Shown here in pieces: positions 34,232 to 46,360 of a stretch of DNA of 64,000 nucleotides (position 1 is its first letter; every line of letters begins with the position of its first letter). The stretch is from sequence record OP292654.1; one strand, 5' to 3'. Under the pieces are notes generated by a model that ran no database searches, was not told the origin of the DNA, and saw nothing but the letters and a program-made list of their open reading frames with translations. The translations under genes and the position numbers were made by a program.

Positions 34232-34239
34232 TATAAATA
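34232..34239 (+). promoter_or_regulatory. Perfect T4 late promoter TATAAATA upstream of nrdA
   Basis: Exact match to the T4 late consensus. Confidence 0.55.
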
Positions 34240-34281
34240 AAGAACCACAAATTTTAAGAAAAACAACAACAAGGATGTATA

Positions 34282-36603
34282 ATGATTAACGTTACTAAAC
34301 GTAATGGTGCTAAGGAAGCACTAGATCTAGATAAAATTCACCAGATTTTATTTTTTGCGTGTGAAGGTTTAACAGGTGTATCAGTTTCAGAAATTGAAAT
34401 GCGTTCGCAACTTCAGTTCTTTGAAGGTATGAGTACTCAGACCATTCATAACATTCTAATCAAAGCCGCTTCAGAACTTATTTCTGAAGAAACTCCTAAT
34501 TACCAATATGTTGCTGGTAGATTGATTAACTATTCTCTACGTAAGCAAGTATATGGAACTTATGAGCCAATCAAATTCCTAGACCATGTTCAAGGTTTAG
34601 TTCAAAAAGGTAAGTACGATCCTGAAATTCTAGATAAGTACACTTCACATGAACTAGAAGAACTTGGTCGATATATCAAACACAAACGCGATGATAAATT
34701 CACTTTTGTCGCGATGAAACAATGGGAAGGTAAGTACCTAGTACAGAACCGTTCAAAGAAAGGTGTTGAAGCACAAATCTTTGAAACCCCACAAATGGCA
34801 TACATGATGATCGCCGCTATTGTATTCATGAATTATACTGAGAACCGCCTTCAATGGGTTAAGAAATTCTACGATGCAATCAGTAACTTTGATATTTCTC
34901 TACCAACTCCAATTATGGCTGGTCTTCGTACTAATACACGTCAATTCAGTTCTTGTGTAGTTATGAACGTTGGTGATAGTCTTGACAGCATTAGTGCTGG
35001 AAACAGTGCTATCATGAAGTACATTTCTAAGAAAGCTGGTCTAGGTGTTAACTATGGTCGTATCCGTGCTGTTGGTACTGAAATTCGTGGTGGAGACGCA
35101 GTTCACACTGGTTTAATTCCATTCTTACACGCAGTTGCTAAAACTGTTAAATCTTGTTCACAAGGTGGTGTACGTGGTGGTGCTGCTACAGTTCACTTTC
35201 CATTATGGCATTATGAGTTTGAAGACCTTGTAGTACTTAAGAATAACAAAGGTACTGAAGTATCTCGTGTTCGTCAGTTGGATTATTGTTTCCAAATCAA
35301 TAAAACTTTGTATCAGCGTTTGATTGAACGTAAAAATATAACCTTCTTCTCTCCTAGTGATGTTCCTGGATTGTATGAAGCATTTTGTGCTGATCAAGAT
35401 AAGTTTGAAAAATTATATCAAAAATACGAAGCAGACCCAAGCATTCGTAAAAAGACACTTCCAGCCCTCGAAGTGTTCACTCAGTTAATGACTGAGCGTA
35501 CTGAAACTGGTCGTATCTATGTTCAAAACATTGACCTAGTTAACGATCACTCTCCGTTCGATCCAGCGGTTGCTCCGATTGAACAAAGTAACTTGTGTCA
35601 AGAGATTGCTCTGCCATCTGTACCATTTGAAGATGTTAAAGATGATGAAGAAGGTTTGATTAGCCTGTGTACTCTAGCAGCAATCAATTGGGGTAACTTT
35701 GATACTCCTGACCAAATGGAAGAAGCTTGTGATTTATCTGTCCGTGCTTTAGATGCTCTGCTAGATTATCAGGAATACCCTGTAATCCACGCAGAACGAG
35801 CTACAAAGGCTTATCGTCCATTAGGTGTAGGTATCATCAACCTAGCTTACTTCCTTGCTAAACGTGGTCTACGTTACGATGACGCCGCTCTAGCAACCGT
35901 AAATGAATGGTCAGAAGCATGGTCGTACTATTTGATTAAATCATCAGTACAACTAGCTAAAGAACAAGGTCGTTGCGAGAAATTTGAAAATCTACGCTAT
36001 GCTCAAGGTATTCTACCAATTGATAACTACAAGAAAAGTATTGACGCTTTAGTTGGTACTGAATTGAAGATGGATTGGGAAGGTCTACGTGCTGAGATTG
36101 CTATTCATGGTATTCGTAACGCAACAACAATGGCTCTAATGCCAGCAGAAACATCTGCTCAGATTAGTAATAGTACTAATGGTATTGAACCACCACGTAA
36201 CTTAGTTTCAATTAAAGCATCAAAAGATGGTATCTTGAAACAAGTTGTGCCAGAAATTGGTAAACTGAAGAACAAGTACACTCTACTTTGGGAACAGACA
36301 AGCAACGAAGGTTATATAAAGATTTGTGGTGTTCTACAAAAATATATTGACCAAAGTATTAGTGCTAACACAAGCTACAATCCAGCTAACTACCCTAATG
36401 GTAAATTATCTATGGATATGTTGCTAACAGAATTGCTATTAGCTTACAAGTACGGACTTAAGAACTTATACTACATGAACACGAACGATGGTTCAGGTGA
36501 AGTAGATCTAGATAAACTAGAAGGCGAAAAGAAAGAAAAAGGTATTGTAGTACTTCTACCTCCGATGGAAGCTGAAGACGACTGCGATAGCTGTAAGATT
36601 TAA
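34282..36603 (+). CDS. nrdA: Ribonucleotide reductase class Ia alpha subunit
   Basis: ATP cone (VTKRNG), PTPIM, SSC, SNLCQE, MPAETS and C-terminal CxxC. Confidence 0.97.
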   Translation: MINVTKRNGAKEALDLDKIHQILFFACEGLTGVSVSEIEMRSQLQFFEGMSTQTIHNILIKAASELISEETPNYQYVAGRLINYSLRKQVYGTYEPIKFLDHVQGLVQKGKYDPEILDKYTSHELEELGRYIKHKRDDKFTFVAMKQWEGKYLVQNRSKKGVEAQIFETPQMAYMMIAAIVFMNYTENRLQWVKKFYDAISNFDISLPTPIMAGLRTNTRQFSSCVVMNVGDSLDSISAGNSAIMKYISKKAGLGVNYGRIRAVGTEIRGGDAVHTGLIPFLHAVAKTVKSCSQGGVRGGAATVHFPLWHYEFEDLVVLKNNKGTEVSRVRQLDYCFQINKTLYQRLIERKNITFFSPSDVPGLYEAFCADQDKFEKLYQKYEADPSIRKKTLPALEVFTQLMTERTETGRIYVQNIDLVNDHSPFDPAVAPIEQSNLCQEIALPSVPFEDVKDDEEGLISLCTLAAINWGNFDTPDQMEEACDLSVRALDALLDYQEYPVIHAERATKAYRPLGVGIINLAYFLAKRGLRYDDAALATVNEWSEAWSYYLIKSSVQLAKEQGRCEKFENLRYAQGILPIDNYKKSIDALVGTELKMDWEGLRAEIAIHGIRNATTMALMPAETSAQISNSTNGIEPPRNLVSIKASKDGILKQVVPEIGKLKNKYTLLWEQTSNEGYIKICGVLQKYIDQSISANTSYNPANYPNGKLSMDMLLTELLLAYKYGLKNLYYMNTNDGSGEVDLDKLEGEKKEKGIVVLLPPMEAEDDCDSCKI

Positions 36604-36607
36604 AATA

Positions 36608-36634
36608 AGATCCCCTCCAAGTGAGGGGATTTTT
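36608..36634 (+). terminator. Intrinsic terminator after nrdA
   Basis: ATCCCCTC-CAAGT-GAGGGGAT-TTTT. Confidence 0.75.
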
Positions 36635-36648
36635 GTCGGATAAGCAAT

Positions 36649-37422
36649 ATGAAAGTAGATTATACAAAACCAATGGATTTAGATTTCATTGAAGAATTTT
36701 GGGAAGACTTAGATATGAACCAAGTTGTTCAATATCAAAAGTTACCTCAAGATTTTATTGAGAAACATTTTCATAAACTTGATGCGAACGCTTTAGTACG
36801 CTATCAAACTATGACTATGGATTTCATTAAAGAAAAATGGGAATGGTTCAATAAAAATGTCATAGCACAATATGTTGTTATGCCTATTGAATGGATTAAA
36901 GAAAAGTGGTCAGATTTTCAAAGTAACGCAATTGAAACCATTACTAAGTATCAAAAGTTAACTCAAGACTTTCTTTCTGAGAAATGGGATCAATTAGTAG
37001 CATTTTCTGATAAAGTTGCTGGTACTATTTCCAGATACCAGACAATGGCGGTTGATTTTATTAAAGAGAAATGGGAATATCTTGATAAGAATTACATTTC
37101 TAAATATCAACAACTAACAGTGGACTTCATTAAAGAAAAGTGGTCTGAGCTAAGTATCGCAGCAATTGCTGTATTCCAAGTTATCGAAGATGATGTTCGC
37201 GATTTACTAGGTTTACAACCACCAGCTAAAACAATTACTGGTGCTCAAATTCTTGCTTTAGACCCTTGTGAAGATGGCATGACTCGTTATCATGCTCACA
37301 CACCACTAGATACCACCGTTCTAACATGGAACGAACTATTAACACTACATAACACTACCAAAGATGGACAGCGTGATATTCACTGGCTTTCATGGAAACT
37401 TGGTAAAAAGATTAACACATAA
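36649..37422 (+). CDS. Tandem helical-repeat protein (YQxLTxDFIKEKW repeats)
   Basis: About seven 22-29 aa repeats visible in the translation. Confidence 0.8.
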   Translation: MKVDYTKPMDLDFIEEFWEDLDMNQVVQYQKLPQDFIEKHFHKLDANALVRYQTMTMDFIKEKWEWFNKNVIAQYVVMPIEWIKEKWSDFQSNAIETITKYQKLTQDFLSEKWDQLVAFSDKVAGTISRYQTMAVDFIKEKWEYLDKNYISKYQQLTVDFIKEKWSELSIAAIAVFQVIEDDVRDLLGLQPPAKTITGAQILALDPCEDGMTRYHAHTPLDTTVLTWNELLTLHNTTKDGQRDIHWLSWKLGKKINT

Positions 37423-37431
37423 GGAAATACA

Positions 37432-38553
37432 ATGTCCGTATTTAAAAAGAATGAAAATTCCCATCTAGAAAAGAATATGTTCCTAGATGAATCGGTAGAC
37501 ATTCAACGTTATGATGCAGTAAAGTACTCACCATTTGAAAAAATGACTGAAAGCCATCAAAGTTTCTTCTGGCGTCCACAAGAAGTTGATCTATCTAAAG
37601 ACCGAATTGATTTCAAAGCACTACAAGAACATGAGAAACATATCTTTACTGCTAACTTGAAGCGTCAGATTCTTCTTGATTCAGTACAGGGTCGTGGTCC
37701 GAACCTAGCTCTACTACCAATCGCATCTCTACCAGAGATTGAATCCTTTATTGAAACTTGGGCTTTCTTTGAAAGTATCCATAGTCGTTCTTATACACAT
37801 ATTATTCGTAACGTCTATCCTAACCCATCAGAAGTATTCGATACTATGTTGGATATTCCTGAGATTACCGATTGTGCTGAAGATATTGCGAAGTACTATG
37901 ATGATCTAGATGATTACATTCTTAAGTATCGTATGCTTGGTGAAGGTACTCACACGGTAAACGGTGAAGAAGTTGTTGTTGATCTATACGAATTGAAGAA
38001 AAAACTTTGGTTGTGTATTAACAGTATCAACATCCTAGAAGGTATTCGTTTCTACGTATCATTTGCTTGTTCCTGGAGTTTCGCAGAGAATGAGAAGATG
38101 GAAGGTAATGCGAAAATCATTCGTTTCATCTGTCGTGATGAAAACATTCACTTAGGTGCTACGCAAATGATGCTTCGCCTAATGAAGAAAGAAGATCCTG
38201 ACTTCGCAAAAATTGCTGAAGAATGCTATGATGAAGTTCAGGGAATGTTTATGGATGCAATCAAGCAAGAAGAAGAATGGGCTGATTTCCTATTCAAAGA
38301 TGGTTCTATTATCGGACTTAATGCTACTATTCTAAAACAATATGTTCGTTGGATTGGATGTAAGCGTATGAGTGCTGTAGGTATCAAATGCCCTTATAGC
38401 ATTGGACAGAACAATCCGCTACCTTGGACACTAGACTGGATTACTGGTGCTGACGTACAAGTAGCTCCACAAGAAACTGAGATCAGTTCTTACCTAATTG
38501 GTGGTGTTGATAATGACGTTTCAGAAGAATCCTTCCAAGGGATTGAACTATAA
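37432..38553 (+). CDS. nrdB: Ribonucleotide reductase class Ia beta subunit
   Basis: FFWRPQEV, LDSVQG, ESIHSRSY, EGIRFYVSF and RDENIH di-iron motifs. Confidence 0.97.
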   Translation: MSVFKKNENSHLEKNMFLDESVDIQRYDAVKYSPFEKMTESHQSFFWRPQEVDLSKDRIDFKALQEHEKHIFTANLKRQILLDSVQGRGPNLALLPIASLPEIESFIETWAFFESIHSRSYTHIIRNVYPNPSEVFDTMLDIPEITDCAEDIAKYYDDLDDYILKYRMLGEGTHTVNGEEVVVDLYELKKKLWLCINSINILEGIRFYVSFACSWSFAENEKMEGNAKIIRFICRDENIHLGATQMMLRLMKKEDPDFAKIAEECYDEVQGMFMDAIKQEEEWADFLFKDGSIIGLNATILKQYVRWIGCKRMSAVGIKCPYSIGQNNPLPWTLDWITGADVQVAPQETEISSYLIGGVDNDVSEESFQGIEL

Positions 38554-38557
38554 TAAC

Positions 38558-38580
38558 AGGAGGCTATGCCTCCTTTTTTC
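38558..38580 (+). terminator. Intrinsic terminator
   Basis: AGGAGGC-TAT-GCCTCCT-TTTTT. Confidence 0.8.
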
Positions 38581-38591
38581 ATGGATAAAAT

Positions 38592-38804
38592 ATGGCTAAT
38601 ACACAACCACAAATCAAAGACATTTTTACCTTTGATCCAGAATACCAATATACATTCTTTTTAGTTAATAATATAAATTTAACCGGGTATGTTATTGACG
38701 CACGAGATAATGGAATTATCTTGAATACACTAGAGCATATACCTACTGATAAAATCGCATTTTTCGTTCCAGTAATGAACGAGCAAAAAGATGAAACAGC
38801 ATAA
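38592..38804 (+). CDS. Hypothetical protein
   Basis: Small ORF with possible Sm/SH3-like beta pattern. Confidence 0.6.
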   Translation: MANTQPQIKDIFTFDPEYQYTFFLVNNINLTGYVIDARDNGIILNTLEHIPTDKIAFFVPVMNEQKDETA

Positions 38805-38820
38805 GTTTTTGTGCTATAAT
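38792..38820 (+). promoter_or_regulatory. Phage promoter TGAAAC-N17-TATAAT
   Basis: Matches the consensus. Confidence 0.75.
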
Positions 38821-38855
38821 GAACGTGTTAAAACAGTGAAAAGGAAAATATCACA

Positions 38856-39086
38856 ATGAACAACGAACTGAATAAAATGGTCGAGAAAAACATCGAAGCT
38901 TCAGAAGAAATTACAGGATATGAAATGACTGCTGAAGAAATGGAATATACCCGTAAGATGATTGCTCGTCTGTCTAATTACTACATGAAGAAAGATTCTG
39001 ATGTAGCTGAAAAACGTAAAATCAAATCTAAACGCCGTGCTGCGAACAAAGTTGCTCGTAAGTCTCGTCGTCAGAACCGCAAATAA
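38856..39086 (+). CDS. Small protein with highly basic C-terminus
   Basis: KRKIKSKRRAANKVARKSRRQNRK tail. Confidence 0.7.
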   Translation: MNNELNKMVEKNIEASEEITGYEMTAEEMEYTRKMIARLSNYYMKKDSDVAEKRKIKSKRRAANKVARKSRRQNRK

Positions 39087-39097
39087 GAGAAATCATT

Positions 39098-39475
39098 ATG
39101 CAGTACTCTTTCGAAAAAGTCAAAGAAAAATACCCAAAAACAACACTACGTAGTAAACGTTCCTTGAAAAAGTTACACTTATCTGAGTTTGCTGATACTT
39201 TGGTTTCTATTGATTTTCCAGCAGGGCTATTTGATAATCCTTTAGAAGATAAACTACTAGATGCTATGTATGAATATGACAGTGGCATGTTTGTTGGTGG
39301 AAGTCTAACAGGAACCAATGTAATGCTTCAGATTAAAACTTCGGAGTTCTCAGAAGAATTCGTTAAAGAGTACTGTAAAGGTCTTCTTCTGATTTTGTCA
39401 GAAATTGAGCCAAGTTTTGCTGAAATAGGAATTGTCACTGTTGTATACGGTGACGCATATTATGGAGAATGGTAA
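39098..39475 (+). CDS. YggL/DUF469-like protein
   Basis: RSKRSLKKLHLSEF resembles E. coli YggL RSRRLRKKMHIDEF. Confidence 0.6.
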   Translation: MQYSFEKVKEKYPKTTLRSKRSLKKLHLSEFADTLVSIDFPAGLFDNPLEDKLLDAMYEYDSGMFVGGSLTGTNVMLQIKTSEFSEEFVKEYCKGLLLILSEIEPSFAEIGIVTVVYGDAYYGEW

Positions 39476-40188
39476 TGTTTAACACAACAAATACCAAAGA
39501 ACAATTTGATGCTGTAGTTGAATTCATGACTGTAGCTGGACAAGAAGTTAATACTACTTTCGTTGAACCTACAACTAAAGTTGGAAACTTTCGTCTTTCT
39601 TTGATTAAAGAAGAAATGGCTGGAGTAAATGAACTATTTGATAGTATCTCGAAAGATAATTTGAAAGGAATTCTTGACGGTATTTGTGACGTGCTGTACG
39701 TTGCTTATGGTGCTCTGGCTACCTTCGGTATCGAATCACCAAGTTATGATGTTCCACGCCAACGTAATAGTCCAAGTACTCTGCTGTCATACAGCGTTGC
39801 TAGTACTATGTCTAAGTATATCAATGATTGTTATGAGAAAACCGCACGTGGTCTTCTGATGGGTGATCTACGTACTATTCAGAGTGGTTTGAATAGCTTG
39901 ATTTACAACACTATTGATTTGGCTACACTACACAACTTTGATTTAGATGGTGCTTTTAAAGAAGTTCACGCATCTAATATGTCTAAGTTCTGTACCAGTG
40001 CTAATGAATGTGCTAAAAGTATTCTTGAGCGTCAGAAAGAAAAACCAGAAGATTATACTGGTGCTGAAGGTCATGAAGTTCAGGTTAATGGTACTTCTTA
40101 CTTTGTTATTCGCCGTGCTGCTGATGGTAAAGTACTGAAAGGTCTTAACTTCTTTGAACCAGATTTGAACAAGTTCATTAACGCTTAA
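39469..40188 (+). CDS. MazG-like nucleoside triphosphate pyrophosphohydrolase
   Basis: LIKEE, DGICDVLYVAYG, EVHASNMSK and DGKVLKG motifs. Confidence 0.85.
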   Translation: MVMFNTTNTKEQFDAVVEFMTVAGQEVNTTFVEPTTKVGNFRLSLIKEEMAGVNELFDSISKDNLKGILDGICDVLYVAYGALATFGIESPSYDVPRQRNSPSTLLSYSVASTMSKYINDCYEKTARGLLMGDLRTIQSGLNSLIYNTIDLATLHNFDLDGAFKEVHASNMSKFCTSANECAKSILERQKEKPEDYTGAEGHEVQVNGTSYFVIRRAADGKVLKGLNFFEPDLNKFINA

Positions 40189-40224
40189 AAAGAAAAAAAG
40201 GGAGCTTAAAGGCTCCCCTTTATA
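40186..40224. terminator. Bidirectional terminator
   Basis: A-run, GGGAGC-TTAAAG-GCTCCC, T-run between convergent genes. Confidence 0.8.
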
Positions 40225-40878
40225 TTAATTGACAAGTAACTGAACACTTGTGATATATGGTCGTAAACCATTGACAAGATCTTGAACTTGAAGGTTATCG
40301 TATTCTGACCCCAATGTGATCATCACATATCCAATTACGCCAACATCGACGTTTTGGATTATTGGAATAGATATTACACTTTTATATCTTGAACCAATCT
40401 TTTTGTATCTCTCGCATGAAAATGATTGAGATGCGTTGAATTGGTTTTCACATAAAAGTTGAATTGTAGCAACATTTTCGTAGTTGATCTTATTCAATAG
40501 AATATCTTGAATACTATTAGTACTATCTACCATAGGGTTAATATTGCTATCAACCGGTAATTTAGAGCCATCGTGTGTTTCAGATGTTATATTGATTTGA
40601 CCAGTATATATGGATGTTCCGCTATCTTGAACGAATTTATATAAAACCACAGAATGTATATCAGGATACTTTATCATCATTTTCCTGAATTCTATATTGA
40701 TGTTTTCATTGTTTTGCTGACTAGCATAAACACTATTCATCATTATAGGAAATACTTCCGCTTCGGCTTTACCTTGAATAAAATTCGCGTTGATCAGGAC
40801 GAACACACCAAGTACGAAACACGCAACAACAGTAAAAAATCTTTCCAATATGGAAGGCTTCTCTTTACGATTAAACAT
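40225..40878 (-). CDS. Single-TM protein with GAF-like C-terminal domain, T4 holin T-like
   Basis: One N-terminal TM helix; VVLYKF and VISIPI...GYVMITL strands; two Cys. Confidence 0.5.
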   Translation of the reverse strand: MFNRKEKPSILERFFTVVACFVLGVFVLINANFIQGKAEAEVFPIMMNSVYASQQNNENINIEFRKMMIKYPDIHSVVLYKFVQDSGTSIYTGQINITSETHDGSKLPVDSNINPMVDSTNSIQDILLNKINYENVATIQLLCENQFNASQSFSCERYKKIGSRYKSVISIPIIQNVDVGVIGYVMITLGSEYDNLQVQDLVNGLRPYITSVQLLVN

Positions 40879-40889
40879 GCTTATTCTCC

Positions 40890-41633
<744 letters not shown>

Positions 41634-41677
41634 TTATACACATATTTACCTGTACATGGTTAAAAAGTGTAAAAAAC

Positions 41678-41706
41678 TGGAACGATATTTGGATTTGTGC
41701 TATAAT
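41678..41706 (+). promoter_or_regulatory. Phage promoter TGGAAC-N17-TATAAT
   Basis: Matches the consensus. Confidence 0.7.
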
Positions 41707-41733
41707 CTTTACAAAACTTACTAAGAGCGTCTT

Positions 41734-43052
<1,319 letters not shown>

Positions 43053-43056
<4 letters not shown>

Positions 43057-44393
43057 GTATTACGCTTACGGACAAGCAACAAAATATTTTTGATGATGTG
43101 ATTGACAGAATCAATAACTTTCCAGGTCGAACTGAGGCAGTCATAGTTGGTTATGCCGGAACTGGTAAAAGTACTTTGGTATCTGAAATCATCGGAAATA
43201 TCTATCAGGGATATAACATTGCCGTAACATCACCTACGCATAAAGCTAATGCTGTATTACGTAAGATGTTGCTCAATGCTGGATTAGATAAAGAAGATGC
43301 TCTAGTTAGTACTATACACTCGTTCTTAGGATTGAAGTTGGTCTATGAGAAAAGTCGTCAAGTACTAAAACATGATCCACAATCCAAAAACAGTACAGCT
43401 ATGGTGGATGTATTGTTTGTTGATGAATGTAGTATGATTTCTGAAGAAATGTATAAACACATCATGGATCAAATTCACCGTGTACGCCGTGCTATTATCT
43501 TTATTGGTGATAAATGTCAGTTGCCGCCAGTTGAATCTGAAGGTACTACTGGAGAAACAAAACTAAGTCCTACATTTGATATTCCATTACAGTACGAATT
43601 GAATGAAGTACTTCGTCAAGCATTGGATAATCCAATTCTCAGTGTAGCAACACAAATACGTCAATGTATTGGAACACATAATGATCCAATGTCAATTCTG
43701 AATCAATTAGATGACCTTGAAACAATTACACCAATTGACGATGAAATGGTTTTTCTAGATGTATATAAAGAGTATATCAAGGAACATAGTACGTCTTCAT
43801 TGAAGATTTACGATTTTGTTCAAGAAAACAAAATTATTGCTTATACAAATTACCGAGTAAACTTTGCTAATATGTATATTCGTAATGAAGTTTTTCACGA
43901 GCATACTGATACTGAATTTATTCCAGGCGAACCAATTGTATTTGAAAGTATAACTGAGAACTGTCCTTATACAGTACAGCAGGTTATTCAATGCCCTGAA
44001 ATTCGTCAGGAATCATTTTTAGGAATTGATTGTTGGCAATTTAAACTTCCAAATGGTAACTTCCTATTGGGTGTTGGGCCATATACCAGAATCAAGCTAG
44101 AAGAATATTTGAAAGATCTTGTTGACAAAATTGAAAGACGTGTCGAAAACCCACTTACCAAAAAGCCTTACATGTGGCAAGATTACTATGTAATCAAGAA
44201 TAAGATTAATGTCATTAATTACCCATATGCGACCACGGCTCACAAATCTCAGGGAAGTACTTTTGATAATATCTGGTTCGATACAGATTTTATTGAACGA
44301 ATTCCAAATAACGATACCAAGTGCCGTATTCTTTACACTGCGTTAACACGCCCACGGTATAGTGTGATGTTGCGTAAAAGTGGAAGATTCTAA
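43053..44393 (+). CDS. dda: SF1B helicase Dda
   Basis: GYAGTGKS, PTHKA, VDECSM, GDKCQLPPV, TAHKSQGST and YTALTR. Confidence 0.92.
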
Positions 44394-44429
44394 CATAAAT
44401 AATAGAAAGTTCTTTCTATGGAGACTATA

Positions 44430-44966
44430 ATGAACAACTTATTCAACGCATTTAGTATTAAAGTACCTGGCGAAGTACTTGACGATAAGAAATTTTTCGA
44501 GTACGCTGATTACGATAATACCAGTACAACCGTTCCAACGGACGAAGAAACATTGACAAAAGCTCAAGCTTTTGTTAGACTAAAACATATTGAACGTAAA
44601 TTATCTGAACTATCGGTTCCTGTATACTTTACAATCAAATTCGGTACAGAAGGTACAGCAAGCACTGTTCCATCTGACGCAGAAATCGTAGTAGGCTATA
44701 TTAGCATTGAGCCATTCCTAAGTACTCTAGAAGTACTAACTAATGATCATTTTGCTGATGCTGCTGGAGTAATTAAAGCTATCATTGATGAAGCTTTAAG
44801 TGCTGAACTACTTGACGAATTCTTTGAAGTACAATACACTTACTCAAAAGCACAGTTCCCTGGCTCAAGTACAACCAACGATTATCGTGAATTGAAAACT
44901 GAGTATATTACTGTGGCTGCTTCTGAAGCAGTAAGTACTGTAGTACATATCGATCTAACCGCTTAA
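44430..44966 (+). CDS. Hypothetical protein, possibly structural
   Basis: TAAATA at 44396-44401; GGAG RBS then ATG at 44430. Confidence 0.7.
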   Translation: MNNLFNAFSIKVPGEVLDDKKFFEYADYDNTSTTVPTDEETLTKAQAFVRLKHIERKLSELSVPVYFTIKFGTEGTASTVPSDAEIVVGYISIEPFLSTLEVLTNDHFADAAGVIKAIIDEALSAELLDEFFEVQYTYSKAQFPGSSTTNDYRELKTEYITVAASEAVSTVVHIDLTA

Positions 44967-44989
44967 AACATACACAACATGGAGTTGAC

Positions 44990-45184
44990 ATGGATAGCAA
45001 ATCCTTTTATGATCGCATTCTAGAGGACGTTGGTGCGTTCGACCAAATTATTTTTGATCTTGAGAAAATGTCTCAGGAAGCCCCGTACCCACGTACCCGT
45101 AGCGTTGCTGACACAGCAATCGCTAACTTGAAATTTGTTCAAGAAATATGCAAAGCGTTGAAAGACGCAGAATCTAAGCAGTAA
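44990..45184 (+). CDS. Hypothetical protein
   Basis: Small ORF with GGAG RBS. Confidence 0.7.
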   Translation: MDSKSFYDRILEDVGAFDQIIFDLEKMSQEAPYPRTRSVADTAIANLKFVQEICKALKDAESKQ

Positions 45185-45189
45185 GCTGC

Positions 45190-45218
45190 TTGACGGGCTG
45201 GTATCTTTTTGATACCAT
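45190..45218 (+). promoter_or_regulatory. Host sigma70-type promoter TTGACG-N17-TACCAT
   Basis: Canonical spacing with TG extension; upstream of IF3. Confidence 0.55.
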
Positions 45219-45260
45219 CTCCTACATAAACAAAATCCCCCACGGAGTTACAAATCCAAT

Positions 45261-45767
45261 ATGAAATCTGTTATTGCCAACGAAAAAATTACTGCGAAGA
45301 ATGTTCGTGTCGTACAAGGAGATTCGAGTAAAGTAATGGCAATTGCTGAAGCACGTAATCTTGCTTACAGTAAAGAAATGGATCTGATTCAAGTATCTGA
45401 TCAAGAAGTTCCCGTAGTAAAAATTATGGACTTGAACAAATACTTGTATGAGCAAAAACAAGCTGACAAGAATAATAAGAAGAAACAGCGTGAAACTGCC
45501 GTTCAGGTTAAAGAAGTACAGTTCGCTTTCAGTACCCAGGAGAATGATCTCCAAACGAAGTTGAAGGCCGCTCAAAAATTTATCCAGGAAGGTAAGCAGG
45601 TTCGAGTAGTCATGAAAATGACAGGTCGTGCCAAATCAAATCCCGATATGGTCGCAGCGAACATCGCTAAGATGAATCAATTCGTAGCACGTATTCAGGA
45701 ATCTGATTTCGTTCAAAACATCGCAGTACAAGGGAACAATGTTACCTGTACGGTAAAAGCGAAGTAA
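45261..45767 (+). CDS. infC: Translation initiation factor IF3
   Basis: ANEKITAKNVRVV, MDLIQVS, PVVKIMD, VKEVQF, ENDLQTKL and GKQVRV match both IF3 domains. Confidence 0.92.
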   Translation: MKSVIANEKITAKNVRVVQGDSSKVMAIAEARNLAYSKEMDLIQVSDQEVPVVKIMDLNKYLYEQKQADKNNKKKQRETAVQVKEVQFAFSTQENDLQTKLKAAQKFIQEGKQVRVVMKMTGRAKSNPDMVAANIAKMNQFVARIQESDFVQNIAVQGNNVTCTVKAK

Positions 45768-45826
45768 GTACAGTAAGGGTGCTAAATACAAAAAAGCACC
45801 CCCTAACACACATCTGGAGTATTATT

Positions 45827-46360
45827 ATGAAACATATCGTGCGTGAAGTATTTTCCCTACCTGCTATGGATGTGGTTAAGGCTTCTTATAAAGATTCAGT
45901 ATATTACATTGCTGGTGACAGCGATATTACTGAATATGTTAGTCTCGTTAAATCATCTTTTGCTATTGATGAAATTGAGGCTATTAAACACGGCTTAGAC
46001 GCATTCTTGCGTGACCATCCGAAAAATAACCATTTGGCAGTTCCTATGTACAATTTGGTTATTCTTGATAATCCAAAATCTTCAAAAGATTTCGTAGCTC
46101 AGGTAATTGGCGACTTGTTCCGCAAAACTTTCGAAGAAGCTACTGAAATGGCTGATCTTGTCCACTATAACGGTTCATGTATCGTTGGTACGTATACTTA
46201 CGAACTCGCTCACACATTCGCATGTATGGTAGAAACCATCAATGAGCAAATGGGTGAACAACTGGAAACTGATATTATCGAAACTTACAATGCTTCCAGC
46301 ATGGACAGCTTAGAGGTTCTGGAACGTCTGATTCGTCGTGATTTTCCAGGCGATATTTAA
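45827..46360 (+). CDS. Hypothetical protein
   Basis: GGAG RBS then ATG at 45827. Confidence 0.7.
   Translation: MKHIVREVFSLPAMDVVKASYKDSVYYIAGDSDITEYVSLVKSSFAIDEIEAIKHGLDAFLRDHPKNNHLAVPMYNLVILDNPKSSKDFVAQVIGDLFRKTFEEATEMADLVHYNGSCIVGTYTYELAHTFACMVETINEQMGEQLETDIIETYNASSMDSLEVLERLIRRDFPGDI

Noticed and set aside
36649-37422. CRISPR-like or DNA tandem repeat array
   Set aside because: Repeats are degenerate at DNA level and in frame; they are protein repeats.
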